A stretch of 25,619 nt of DNA from contig JAQGDQ010001784.1 of assembly GCA_030141605.1 (NCBI GenBank), positions 1 to 25,619 on the forward strand, read 5' to 3'. Source of the stretch: Tubiluchus corallicola (lineage: Eukaryota > Animalia > Priapulida). The position numbers and the translations under genes are program-made. Shown piece by piece: positions 10,481-20,259 of this stretch (within the stretch, counting starts at the first letter, position 1; the number at the start of each line of letters is the position of its first letter). The notes under the pieces were generated by a model. It was given only the letters and a program-made list of their open reading frames with translations, was not told where the DNA came from and did not search any database.

Positions 10481-12455
10481 TAACTTACGAGCTTATTAAT
10501 GTCAAAAGTCACTGCAAATGTCTGTTTTTGACTTAGCTTATTTATATGCTGAAGTTACTGTTAGTGTCTGTTTTGACTTAGCTTATTACTAAACTGAAGT
10601 TACTGTTAATGTCTGTTTTGACTTAGCTTATTACTAAACTGAAGTTACTGTTAATGTCTGTTTTGACTTAGTTTATTAATGTTCAAAAGTAACTGTAAAT
10701 GTCTGTTTTTGAGTTAGCTTATTACTATGCTGACGTTACAGTTAATGTCTGTTTTTGAGTTGGCTTATTACTATGCTGAAATTACTGTTAGTGTCCGTTT
10801 CTGAGTTAGCTTATTACTAAACTCAAATTACTGTTAATGTCTGTTTTTGAGTTAGCTTATTACTATGCTGAAGTTACTGTTAATGTCTGTTTTGAGTTAA
10901 CTTACTAATGTTCAAAAGTCACTGCAAATGTCTGTTTTTGACTTAGCTTATTAATATGCTGAAGTTACTGTTAGTGTCTGTTTTGACTTAGCTTATTACT
11001 AAACTGAAGTTACTGTTAATGTCCGTTTTGACTTAGCTTATTAATGTTCAAAAGTAACTGTAAATGTCTGTTTTTGAGTTAGCTTATTACTATGCTGACG
11101 TTACAGTTAATGTCTGTTTTTGAGTTGGCTTATTACTATGCTGAAATTACTGTTAGTGTCCGTTTCTGAGTTAGCTTATTACTAAACTCAAATTACTGTT
11201 AATGTCTGTTTTTGAGTTAGCTTATTACTATGCTGAAGTTACTGTTAATATCTGTTTTGACTTAGCTTATTACTAAACTGAAGTTACTGTTAATGTCTGT
11301 TTTGAGTTAACTTACTAATGTTCAAAAGTCACTGCAAATGTCTGTTTTTGACTTAGCTTATTAATATGCTGAAGTTACTGTTGGTGTCTGTTTTGACTTA
11401 GCTTATTACTAAACTGAAGTTACTGTTAATGTCTGTTTTGACTTAGCTTATTACTAAACTGAAGTTACTGTTAATGTCTGTTTTGACTTAGCTTATTAAT
11501 GTTCAAAAGTAACTGTAAATGTCTGTTTTTGAGTTAGCTTATTACTATGCTGACGTTACAGTTAATGTCTGTTTTTGAGTTGGCTTATTACTATGCTGAA
11601 ATTACTGTTAGTGTCCGCTTCTGAGTTAGCTTATTACTAAACTCAAATTACTGTTAATGTCTGTTTTTGAGTTAGCTTATTACTATGCTGAAGTTACTGT
11701 TAATGTCTGTTTTGAGTTAACTTATTAATGTTCAAAAGTCACTGTCAAAAGTCACTGTAAATGTCTGTTTTTAAGTTAGCTTATTAGTATGCTGAAGTTA
11801 CTGTTAATGTCTGTTTTGACTTAACTTATTAATGTTCAAAAGTCACTACTGTAAATGTCTGTTTTTAAGTTAGCTTATTAGTATGCTGAAGTTACTGTTA
11901 ATGTCTGTTTTGACTTAACTTATTAATGTTCAAAAGTCACTACTGTAAACGTCTGTTTTTAAGTTAGCTTATTAGTATGCTGAAGTTACTGTTAGTGTCT
12001 GTTTTGACTTAGCTTATTACTAAACTGAAGTTACTGTTAATGTCTGTTTTGACTTAGCTTATTACTAAACTGAAGTTACTGTTAATGTCTGTTTTGACTT
12101 AGCTTATTACTAAACTGAAGTTACTGTTAATGTCTGTTTTGACTTAGTTTATTAATGTTCAAAAGTCACGGTAAATATCTGTTTTGGAGTTAGCTTATTA
12201 CTATGCTGAAGTTACTGTTAAAGTCTGTTTTGACTTAACTTATTAATGTTTAAAAGTCACTGTAAATGTCTGATTTTGAGTTGGCTTATTATTTTTCAAA
12301 AGTCACTGCAAATGTTTGTTTTTGTGTTAGCTTATTACTACGCTGAAGTTACTGTTAATGTCTGTTTTTGAGTTAGCTTATTACTATGCTGAAGTTACTG
12401 TTAATATCTGTTTTTGACTTACGTAATTACTAATCTGAAGTCACTGTAAAGGTCT
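10481..12455. repeat. 45-46-bp satellite array (~43 monomers) with higher-order structure
   Basis: Consensus approximately gacttagcttattactaaactgaagttactgttaatgtctgtttt, with several monomer variants recurring in fixed order. Confidence 0.93.
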
Positions 12456-12992
12456 ATTTTCTCAAGAATAATTGATTTTGTTACTTGTGCGCCTTGTGTA
12501 TTCATGTGAGCTTACGGATTAAGATGTTTTATATTCTGTTAATAAGTGACATATTGTGCAATCTGGTTCTAAATACTGAAAATTCTGCTAAAACTTAAAA
12601 ATGTACTGATAAATATAAGTTCAAGCTCTTTTTTGCACCTGTGCATATTTCAATTTCTTAGAAATGACAAAATAGCATATGAAATTTAACATAATTATGT
12701 TAGCAGTGTTTACGTTTTTTCTGAGTAACAATTCATCGGTCGGAGACTCTATCAGACTAAATTGTTTAATTATCTGCATTATTTCGAAAACGAATTAGTA
12801 AAAGTAACATTAATTTGTATTCCTCATATTGGAGAACTGTGTGCCCGTTTCTTTACAGACCGGTCGCGTAATGTTAGCGTGTTTTGCGGTTTATTATGGC
12901 ACGTGTAATCAGTGCAGTGCCACCTGTTGACAGGAAAAAGTATCTTTGGACAAGCCTGATTTCAAAAAAGCTGATAAGTTATAAAGTAAAAC

Positions 12993-12998
12993 TTTATT
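12993..12998 (-). terminator. Candidate polyadenylation signal (AATAAA) for YTHDC2
   Basis: First canonical AATAAA I can find on the minus strand downstream of the stop codon (plus strand tttatt). It implies a ~1.1-kb 3'UTR. No transcript evidence. Confidence 0.4.
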
Positions 12999-13436
12999 CG
13001 ACAACATTTCGCAGAAAACTGGTTAACACAATCACATAAAATTTTTCTCAAGCAAATGAACATAAGTTATTAATTATTTAAATAACTAGAAAATAAAATA
13101 ATAATTAATAAGCCGAACAGGAAATCTTACACCAATTATAAACAATCTGGTAATCTCTAATTATAACGTATAATAACATATACAACAAATTAAATACAAT
13201 TTAAAACCGAACTTAGCCAAATTTCCGATATAAGCAGTTAATTCGATGCACACTGTAGCTTTAACATGTATTTAACTATAATCTGCGGACATATTTTTGC
13301 TTATTTTTCATTTTTTCCATAAAAATATAAATATCAAGCCCAAAAAATTATATAGTAGCTTTTGCTTGACCAACACCTATAGTATAAATGTCTACACAGG
13401 TAAGATATTATTTGAAGAGTTTACCTTCAGCTTAAA

Positions 13437-13660
13437 GGTTTCGTTCAGGCGTAAAGACTTCTTGTGCAAGTTTGTCCGAGAGTAAACTTGAGCATGTGAA
13501 CGGTTTGGCAAATTCTCTCGCAACTTATTGCGAACCCAGCGAGAGTTGCTGAGAGCTATTTTGCAATAAGTTGCCAAGCCGTTCACACGTGCAACTTTAC
13601 TCTCGGAGAGAAGTTGTGTGCAATAAGTCACGAAAGAAGTCACCACATCTGAATGCGCCC
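13437..13660. mobile_element. Palindromic PIF/Harbinger-like MITE
   Basis: Imperfect TIRs GGTTTCGTTCAGGCG / CATCTGAATGCGCCC, followed by TAA and preceded by TTAAA. Long internal inverted arms: tccgagagtaaacttgagcatgtgaacggtttggcaa...cttattgc vs gcaataagttgccaagccgttcacacgtgcaactttactctcgga. Confidence 0.7.
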
Positions 13661-14084
13661 TAAGACCTACTGCTCACAAGTTTTAACGGCAATATATAAA
13701 GTTACATTTGTTTCCAATCATGTGGTACTGCGAAGAGCTTCAAAACAAAAATTTGGAAGTCTTTTAAAAAAATAATGTGAATCCAAAATTAAATTTTGAA
13801 GCTAATAGAAACCGTTATACAATAGTCACGCTGTACAACTGACTCTATGTCATGTTTCATAACGTTTCCATATAATTACATTCACTCAGACACGTTCCAT
13901 AATCAATCAAGCAAAAATTTCATTGAAATACATTCGTGTAAATTGTCAAACATTCAACCAGAATTTTAAAGAATGAAATTCAACATCTAAAAAAATAACT
14001 AACGCATATCACTTTTTAACCCCTTCACAGGGAAAGATGATTAAAAATCATTTTAACAACGAAAACTTTAATTCACAACTTTGT

Positions 14085-17000
14085 TTAGTGTTGCCCGTAT
14101 TCGAACCCCCACGAGAAGTTTGGCACCGAATCACCGGCTTCGAAGCCGTCATCAGGAGCCCAGGAAGAACCCGCGTCGGTGCCCCACTGTAAGCCACCAT
14201 AACCAGAAGATCTGAGGTCTCCTGGATCTTCCATAAGATTGTTATTCTGCCACTGCATGTAGCTGCCGGATGCGTGGCCAGGTACAGCCTCCCACATGGC
14301 ACACATCCGTTCACCCACTATGGGATCGATCTCTTGACCGTCTGGACCAGTGAAGATATTTTTGTCACCACTCCATGGGCTGATGATGTGTTGACATGTG
14401 TGAAAAGGAACATTAGCCCTTCTCAGCCACATGATGGGAAAAGTCGCGCCCATGTATCCGGAGCCAGGATAGTGGTCCTTGTTATTCATTCCGACAACTT
14501 TAGCATAGCCCTGGAAGTGTCCGCTTCCCTTTACGGAAAAAATCAAAAAGACGTTTTTGCCTTCCTGGAAGGCCTTATTGATTTTCTTTTCATTGTCCGT
14601 ATTGGTAGCCCAGATACCCTGATTGAAGGACACTTCTAAACTACGGTAGTTACTGCACTTCATCAAGAAGTAACAATTGCTGGAATAACCGGCCGATGAA
14701 TAGTCTTGTCCGTTATGTCCCAAGTCAGATTTGTTACCAAAACCGAACACTTGCCTATCCAGCTTTAGCGGAGACGGACGCTGTCCCGGGAGGGCAAATT
14801 TAGCTTGAGGGGACTGCCCACCGATGTCGTCATCTGCACCGCGCTGTTGACTACCGTGGCCAGTTGTTACATAGTCTGAAGACATGGGGCGGGGACGCTG
14901 CCCAATACCGGCAGGTTGTTGCAAACCCGCTTCTATCTCTTCGTTAGTCAACACGTTGATGAGCGTCTGCATGACCGTCTCGTCCGCCTGCGACCACGGT
15001 TTGCTGGGAGTTCTCATTCTCCTCAAGAACAGACAGTGCCACTTCTGGCGCAGCTGAAGCACGAGGCTTGTGGCTTCTTGGTCGGCTCGGAACGAAATCC
15101 ATTCGTCGAGTTTCAAGGTCGACTTGGAAGCTGCGTCGTCTTCTCTTTCGTCTCCTTCGCTATCGCTGCCTTCTTCGGGAGCAAATTTTCCGGTCAAATT
15201 TTCCGCTTCGTTGATGACGTCGTGTGATAGGCGGCTGGGCCCGGCAAACAAAACTACCGTTATCGGCGTTACAAGCGTAGCACAGCGAATGTATGCCAAG
15301 TTATTAACCCTGCTTAGTTCTTCATAAACGATCCAGCTAGTGGGTAAATTCTTAATAAGAGCTGCCATATTCTTTGCCACGCTAACATTAACGTTGGTAA
15401 CGGGTGCTGAAATCGTGGAGGACGGATGGAAACGAACTGACCGTTCCTTCTGCGTGTACAGCCTGCAGTAAGTTTTGTCAACACGACACAAATAGGGATA
15501 AGCTCCAGCGGTTAGAACAGCCTTAACGACTGCCCAGTTTTCGGAGTTTGAATTTAAATCTCGTATGTCTCCGGGACCTCTGGCTCGCACGAAGCCAGAT
15601 GCTCTGAGTTGACCCAGGAGCTGCGTTCTCATGCCGAGAATCATTTCCATTGTGGCCGAGGAAATGAAGTTTCTCTCACAAAATGCCTTCTCCCAACCGT
15701 CCGCTCTTGCTTTCTGCCATGCCTGGAATGCTCGCAGCAAAGCCATGTGATCGCTGCTGGTCCCGGCAGCGAACTTTTTGCGAATCAATTGAGTGGTTCG
15801 TTTTTGAGACGGAAAAGACGGCAGTTGAAACGGATCTCGATACGCCAGAGCGCACACGATGGTGAGAATAGGATCTAAGCATTTAAGGACGACGGCATGT
15901 AGAATCATTTTCCCGAGTCTGGGTTCAACCGGCAGGTCGACTAGATGATGTCCAAGCTCCGTCAGGTCTTCCCAGTTATCCAGAGCGTCTATCGTCTTCA
16001 GCAGCTGCACAGACTGACGAGTGACCACGAAAGCCGGCGGCTCCGGGGCTCTGCTGAGAAAGTCGGCAATGCTGGTGTTACTCGGCGCGAGTAATTTAGT
16101 GTGCAGAGCTAGCTCCTGTAGCGGGGAACGTAATAACTCGGCTACTTGAAATGCCGGGAAAGATTGGTAACGTACCTTGCTGAACAGATGAAAAGCGACA
16201 CCTGGACGACAACGACCTGCTCTACCGCGACGCTGAAGAGTGCTTGCTTTACTAATCCAGTTTGTTTTTAAACTGACCACACCGGTCAATGCATCGAACG
16301 TCTTTTGTTTGACTTTCCCGGTATCTACAACGTAGACTACGTCATTAATTGTCAGACTTGTCTCCGAAATGTTTGTGCTCAATATAAATTTTCTTATTCC
16401 GGGCGCCGGTGTTTTGAAAACACGTTTTTGGTCGGATGATTGCATGGCTGAATGTAGAGTGTACAAGACAAACTTGCTCGCATCGCAGAATCGTTTGTCT
16501 TCGGTGAGTATTCTTTCTCTCAGAGCAACGATCTCGTCGTATCCAGGTAGAAAAACCAGGATAGCTCCAGGTTCTTGAGTCGTGTGAATCTTGTACAGAA
16601 GCGTAGTAACAAGATCTAAATCTACTTTATCGTCGTCAAAGCTGGCATGATATGCTTCTAGCAATTCCATGTCTTCCACGGTTAATTCTTGCATGTTTCT
16701 GGCGATGTCCGTTTCCGAATCGGGACAACTCTGATCATACGCGGCCAGATGAGATTCGAGCAAGTCGATGATCTCCTTGCGGTTGAAGTGCCGCCCCCAG
16801 TCGAGCGCAGTCCACTTATTAGAAGCATGGACCATTATGCTGGCGCCAAGATTCAAAAGCTGCTCTACTGTTTCAATATGGCCTCTTCCCGCAGCCACCA
16901 TTAACGGCGTTGCACTCGTCTCCGAGTGTTTGTAATCAACATTCACGTTTTCCGATATGATGAGATGTAGCATGTTGGCGAATGAATCGTCGTGACCGGT

Positions 17001-18377
17001 CAGCCACGACTGGGCAATGGCCGAGTCAATCTCCTCTTGAAGCCAAGGCTCCAATTCGATGTTATCGTCCTGAAGTTCCGGCTTGTTTAACATCCTGTCA
17101 ACGATGCACTGAAAATCAGCTGGTTTGTGGATCGGATGGTGGACCGTTCCACTTGCTAAAGACGGGGAGGACAGTCTAGTGCACCAATCGGACAACTTTT
17201 CTTGCTGCTTCTCCAATTTCTCTTTTCCTGAAACGTACTTTATCATGCCTTTTGTCATGTAACCTGTGAACTTTAATACGTCCTCCAAATACTTTTCCTG
17301 CACAGGAAACTGCTTCCCGGGCACTTTGAGAACAGGACAACCGTTGAAGTACTTTACAAAGAGTTCGACGTCCATTGATGCGCTCATCACAATGACCTTT
17401 AAGTTTCGATGTCTGGCCAGCAGCTGACGAAGCGAAACCAGCAGAAAATCACAGAACTTGTCTCGCTCGTGAACTTCGTCAACGATGATATGAGTGACCG
17501 TGGCGATCGGCATGGCGCTGTCGCCGGCCATCAAGGTTCGAAGAAGAACCCCATTTGTGCAGAAAGTCAGCAAAGTCCTTGGAGACACTCTGCTTTCTAA
17601 TCTTATTTGGTAACCGACCGTCTGCCCAACTTTTTCCCCTCTCTCCTGGGCCACACGTTCGGCGACGCTGAGAGCAGCAATGCGACGGGGTTGCGTGCAA
17701 ATGATCCTGCACGGATAGTTCAACTTGTAAGCATCGTCCAAAATGAACTGCGGAACTTGCGTCGTCTTGCCGCATCCGGTGTCGCCCGTTACCATGACAA
17801 CCTGCTTATCTTTGATCAGTTCCACGATGAGCGATTGCATGTTTGCTATCGGAAGGGAATGCCTGAACGACGTCAGCTCAGACTGTAGCCGGTGGGGAGG
17901 GACCTGCGGAATCCCGTTGTTCAGTCGGCCGGTCGTCTTGCTCACGTCTCTTCCGTAGACCTCAATGGGATTGAACAGACCGACTCTTTCGCTCCTGGGA
18001 ATCAGCTCCTGGCGTTCCTTGCTGGTGAGACCGAACCGTTGCAACAGCGTCTGAACTTGCTGTCTAGAATTCTTGATCATTTGGAACGCGCTCGCCGACT
18101 GCAGCATCAAGGCGCAGTCCTTCTTAGAGACGGTGATGAATCTGGCCATTCCGGAGCCTTTGCTTTTGCTAGCCAAACCCATCGTGAGACACAATCGATG
18201 AATGTACGCCCTCTCTGCAGCGGTGAGAGAAGAGGGAAATTCTATCTCTTTTTGTTCCGCATCGTAGCGGAACTTCTCTAGCGTCAGCGTGACAGCAATC
18301 CTGAATTCCTCACCGACGCAGATGTTGCGCAAACCTTTTGGTCCGCTCTCGCCCCGATTTTTCTTTGACGAAGCCAT
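14085..18377 (-). CDS. YTHDC2: 3'-5' RNA helicase YTHDC2 orthologue (YTH domain-containing protein 2), 1430 aa, single uninterrupted ORF
   Basis: N-terminal R3H domain (ERAYIH). DExH motifs: I GDTGCGKTT, Ia TQPRRIAA, II DEVHER, III SAS, IV LVFLPG, V STNISETSLT, VI QRRGRAGR. Ankyrin repeats inserted between the RecA domains (TPLMVAAGRG, WTALDWG), HA2/OB region, and C-terminal YTH domain (YFLMK..GIWAT..VFLIFSV.GSGHFQGYA..DGQE). This domain order is diagnostic of YTHDC2. An in-frame TAA-containing context precedes the ATG, and the ORF is visibly more GC-rich than its flanks. Confidence 0.95.
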   Translation of the reverse strand: MASSKKNRGESGPKGLRNICVGEEFRIAVTLTLEKFRYDAEQKEIEFPSSLTAAERAYIHRLCLTMGLASKSKGSGMARFITVSKKDCALMLQSASAFQMIKNSRQQVQTLLQRFGLTSKERQELIPRSERVGLFNPIEVYGRDVSKTTGRLNNGIPQVPPHRLQSELTSFRHSLPIANMQSLIVELIKDKQVVMVTGDTGCGKTTQVPQFILDDAYKLNYPCRIICTQPRRIAALSVAERVAQERGEKVGQTVGYQIRLESRVSPRTLLTFCTNGVLLRTLMAGDSAMPIATVTHIIVDEVHERDKFCDFLLVSLRQLLARHRNLKVIVMSASMDVELFVKYFNGCPVLKVPGKQFPVQEKYLEDVLKFTGYMTKGMIKYVSGKEKLEKQQEKLSDWCTRLSSPSLASGTVHHPIHKPADFQCIVDRMLNKPELQDDNIELEPWLQEEIDSAIAQSWLTGHDDSFANMLHLIISENVNVDYKHSETSATPLMVAAGRGHIETVEQLLNLGASIMVHASNKWTALDWGRHFNRKEIIDLLESHLAAYDQSCPDSETDIARNMQELTVEDMELLEAYHASFDDDKVDLDLVTTLLYKIHTTQEPGAILVFLPGYDEIVALRERILTEDKRFCDASKFVLYTLHSAMQSSDQKRVFKTPAPGIRKFILSTNISETSLTINDVVYVVDTGKVKQKTFDALTGVVSLKTNWISKASTLQRRGRAGRCRPGVAFHLFSKVRYQSFPAFQVAELLRSPLQELALHTKLLAPSNTSIADFLSRAPEPPAFVVTRQSVQLLKTIDALDNWEDLTELGHHLVDLPVEPRLGKMILHAVVLKCLDPILTIVCALAYRDPFQLPSFPSQKRTTQLIRKKFAAGTSSDHMALLRAFQAWQKARADGWEKAFCERNFISSATMEMILGMRTQLLGQLRASGFVRARGPGDIRDLNSNSENWAVVKAVLTAGAYPYLCRVDKTYCRLYTQKERSVRFHPSSTISAPVTNVNVSVAKNMAALIKNLPTSWIVYEELSRVNNLAYIRCATLVTPITVVLFAGPSRLSHDVINEAENLTGKFAPEEGSDSEGDEREDDAASKSTLKLDEWISFRADQEATSLVLQLRQKWHCLFLRRMRTPSKPWSQADETVMQTLINVLTNEEIEAGLQQPAGIGQRPRPMSSDYVTTGHGSQQRGADDDIGGQSPQAKFALPGQRPSPLKLDRQVFGFGNKSDLGHNGQDYSSAGYSSNCYFLMKCSNYRSLEVSFNQGIWATNTDNEKKINKAFQEGKNVFLIFSVKGSGHFQGYAKVVGMNNKDHYPGSGYMGATFPIMWLRRANVPFHTCQHIISPWSGDKNIFTGPDGQEIDPIVGERMCAMWEAVPGHASGSYMQWQNNNLMEDPGDLRSSGYGGLQWGTDAGSSWAPDDGFEAGDSVPNFSWGFEYGQH

Positions 18378-18435
18378 TTAGCCCAAAAACTCTCGTCCGA
18401 GTACGTGGCAATTTTCAAAAAGTCGGCCAAACCAC

Positions 18436-18470
18436 CTGTAAGAAACATCAAAGGACAAAGTCATTAAAAT
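18436..18470 (-). promoter_or_regulatory. Putative 3' splice acceptor of a 5'UTR intron of YTHDC2
   Basis: Minus strand reads ttttaatgactttgtcctttgatgtttcttacag|GTGGTTTGG: a branch-point-like TTAAT, a pyrimidine tract and CAG|G, 58 nt upstream of the ATG. Composition switches to AT-rich beyond it. Confidence 0.6.
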
Positions 18471-18650
18471 TTTAAATACAACTAAAAAACTTTACATGTT
18501 GTTCTGTTATTTGCATACGTTTAAGAAGTACAATGCATAAGTGGTGCGGAATAAAAATTGACATAGTTTTGAAACTTTAAACTGTCAGCTGTCTGTAAAG
18601 AAATTAAAGCAGTTATTCTTTTAATTCAAAACGTAAAACAAAATAATTAT

Positions 18651-19111
18651 TATAGGTTTTACACGTCAAATGTAGACATAGGAATTTCGAATGTGTTTTG
18701 GTAACTCAAATGTGACTTAGGTAAGTCAAATGTGAATGCATTACTTTGAATAAATCGGTAATTAAGTTATTTAAGTGCAAATTAGAAAAAGATAAACCAA
18801 AGATAGTGCATCTGTTAGTAGACCTATAACGTTGTTATTTTAACTTAGGAGCAATTATTAAATTGAAATTAAAGAAGATTAAATTTAACATCCTTAAACT
18901 TTACCACCTATCTACATTTGAGATACCAATGTCACATTTGACTTGACATGTGTCTACATTTGACTTACCAAAAACGCTTAAGATTTCTTGAAAACCATTG
19001 TTAACACATTTGAACTACCTAAGTCTACATTTGAGTTACCAAGACACATTTGAAATACCTAAATCTACATTTGAGTTAACGCAGGTCTACATTTGACATG
19101 AAAAACCTATA
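18651..19111. mobile_element. MITE with ~27-bp TIRs and subterminal TCAAATGT repeats, TA-flanked
   Basis: Left tataggttttacacgtcaaatgtagac vs right gtctacatttgacatgaaaaacctata. Multiple tcaaatgt(a/g) motifs lie at the left end and acatttga motifs at the right end. Superfamily not assigned. Confidence 0.8.
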
Positions 19112-19344
19112 TAACATCAGCGTTTTGGCAAGGACATAGCCCTGTTTTCCTACAGCTAACTCTCGGGCCAGGGTTACCATTTTTTTGGCCTGTAATGATA
19201 CACTGATGCATCGTGATATGTTTTGTGATGATACGTGTATCGTCAAAGTGAGCCAGTATCGTGATAATCTGAATCATTAGTATTTAGCACAAGCTTGAGT
19301 GCCCGCTGATAAAAACTGTAAGAAGTAATTCAAGCTACAGCCGT

Positions 19345-19850
19345 AGGATGTATTGTAGTTTAATTCCACAGAGTAACTCCGGATGTACTGTAGTTTAATT
19401 CCACAGAGTAACTCCGGATGTACTGTAGTTTAACTCCTGTAGTTTAACTCCACAGTATAACTCCGGATGTACTGTAGTTTAACTCCACAGAGTAACTCCG
19501 GATGTACTGTAGTGTAATTCCACAGAGTAACTCCGGATGTACTGTAGTTTAATTCCACAGAGTAACTCCGGATGTACTGTAGTTTAATACCACAGAGTAA
19601 GTCCGGATGTACTGTAGTTTAATACCACAGAGTAACTCCGGATGTACTGTTGTTTAATACCACAGAGTAACTCCGGATGTACTGTAGTTTAACTCCACAG
19701 AGTAACTCCGGATGTACTGTAGTTTAATTCCACAGAGTAACTCCGGATGTACTGTAGTTTAATACCACAGAGTAACTCCGGATGTACTGTAGTTTAATAC
19801 CACAGAGTAACTCCTAATGTACTGTAGTTTAACTCCACAGAGTAACTCCG
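19345..19850. repeat. 35-bp minisatellite, ~14 copies
   Basis: Unit ccacagagtaactccggatgtactgtagtttaa(t/c)(t/a). Confidence 0.94.
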
Positions 19851-20259
19851 TGGTCACAATCAGTACAGTGAGTACAGCATTAACAGAGAAGCAGACTTGA
19901 CCTTGACACAGGCACCTGCTGCTAGCAGCCAGCCAAAGCGAAGCTGTTGAAAGTGCAATGTGTTTGTAATAATATATGTAGTAGCAAATTAGGTTTTGCT
20001 TATAAGTTTCTCAAATATCTTGCAGCAAAAGTGAACTACAATACGACCAGCATATTTTAAATCAAAAATATAGAAATGTTTTGCATTTCTGGTGACTTAC
20101 AATGCAAATAATACAAGAGCATAAACAGAAATCAAGCAGTTTGCTCAATTATTTTTGTACTTACTAATTTTAAAATTGTTTGATAAATCTAATATATAAT
20201 ATATATCAACAACTTAAGACTAGTTTTTTTAGTAAAGCCTGCAAACGTCAACTCAATGA

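Noticed and set aside
17371-17390. Non-canonical helicase motif III (SAS rather than SAT) suggesting a dead helicase
   Set aside because: YTHDC2 orthologues already deviate at this position (human SAA, from memory), and motifs I, II and VI are intact.
14048-18281. Many overlapping or antisense ORFs within YTHDC2
   Set aside because: Expected shadow ORFs of a long GC-richer CDS; no motifs.
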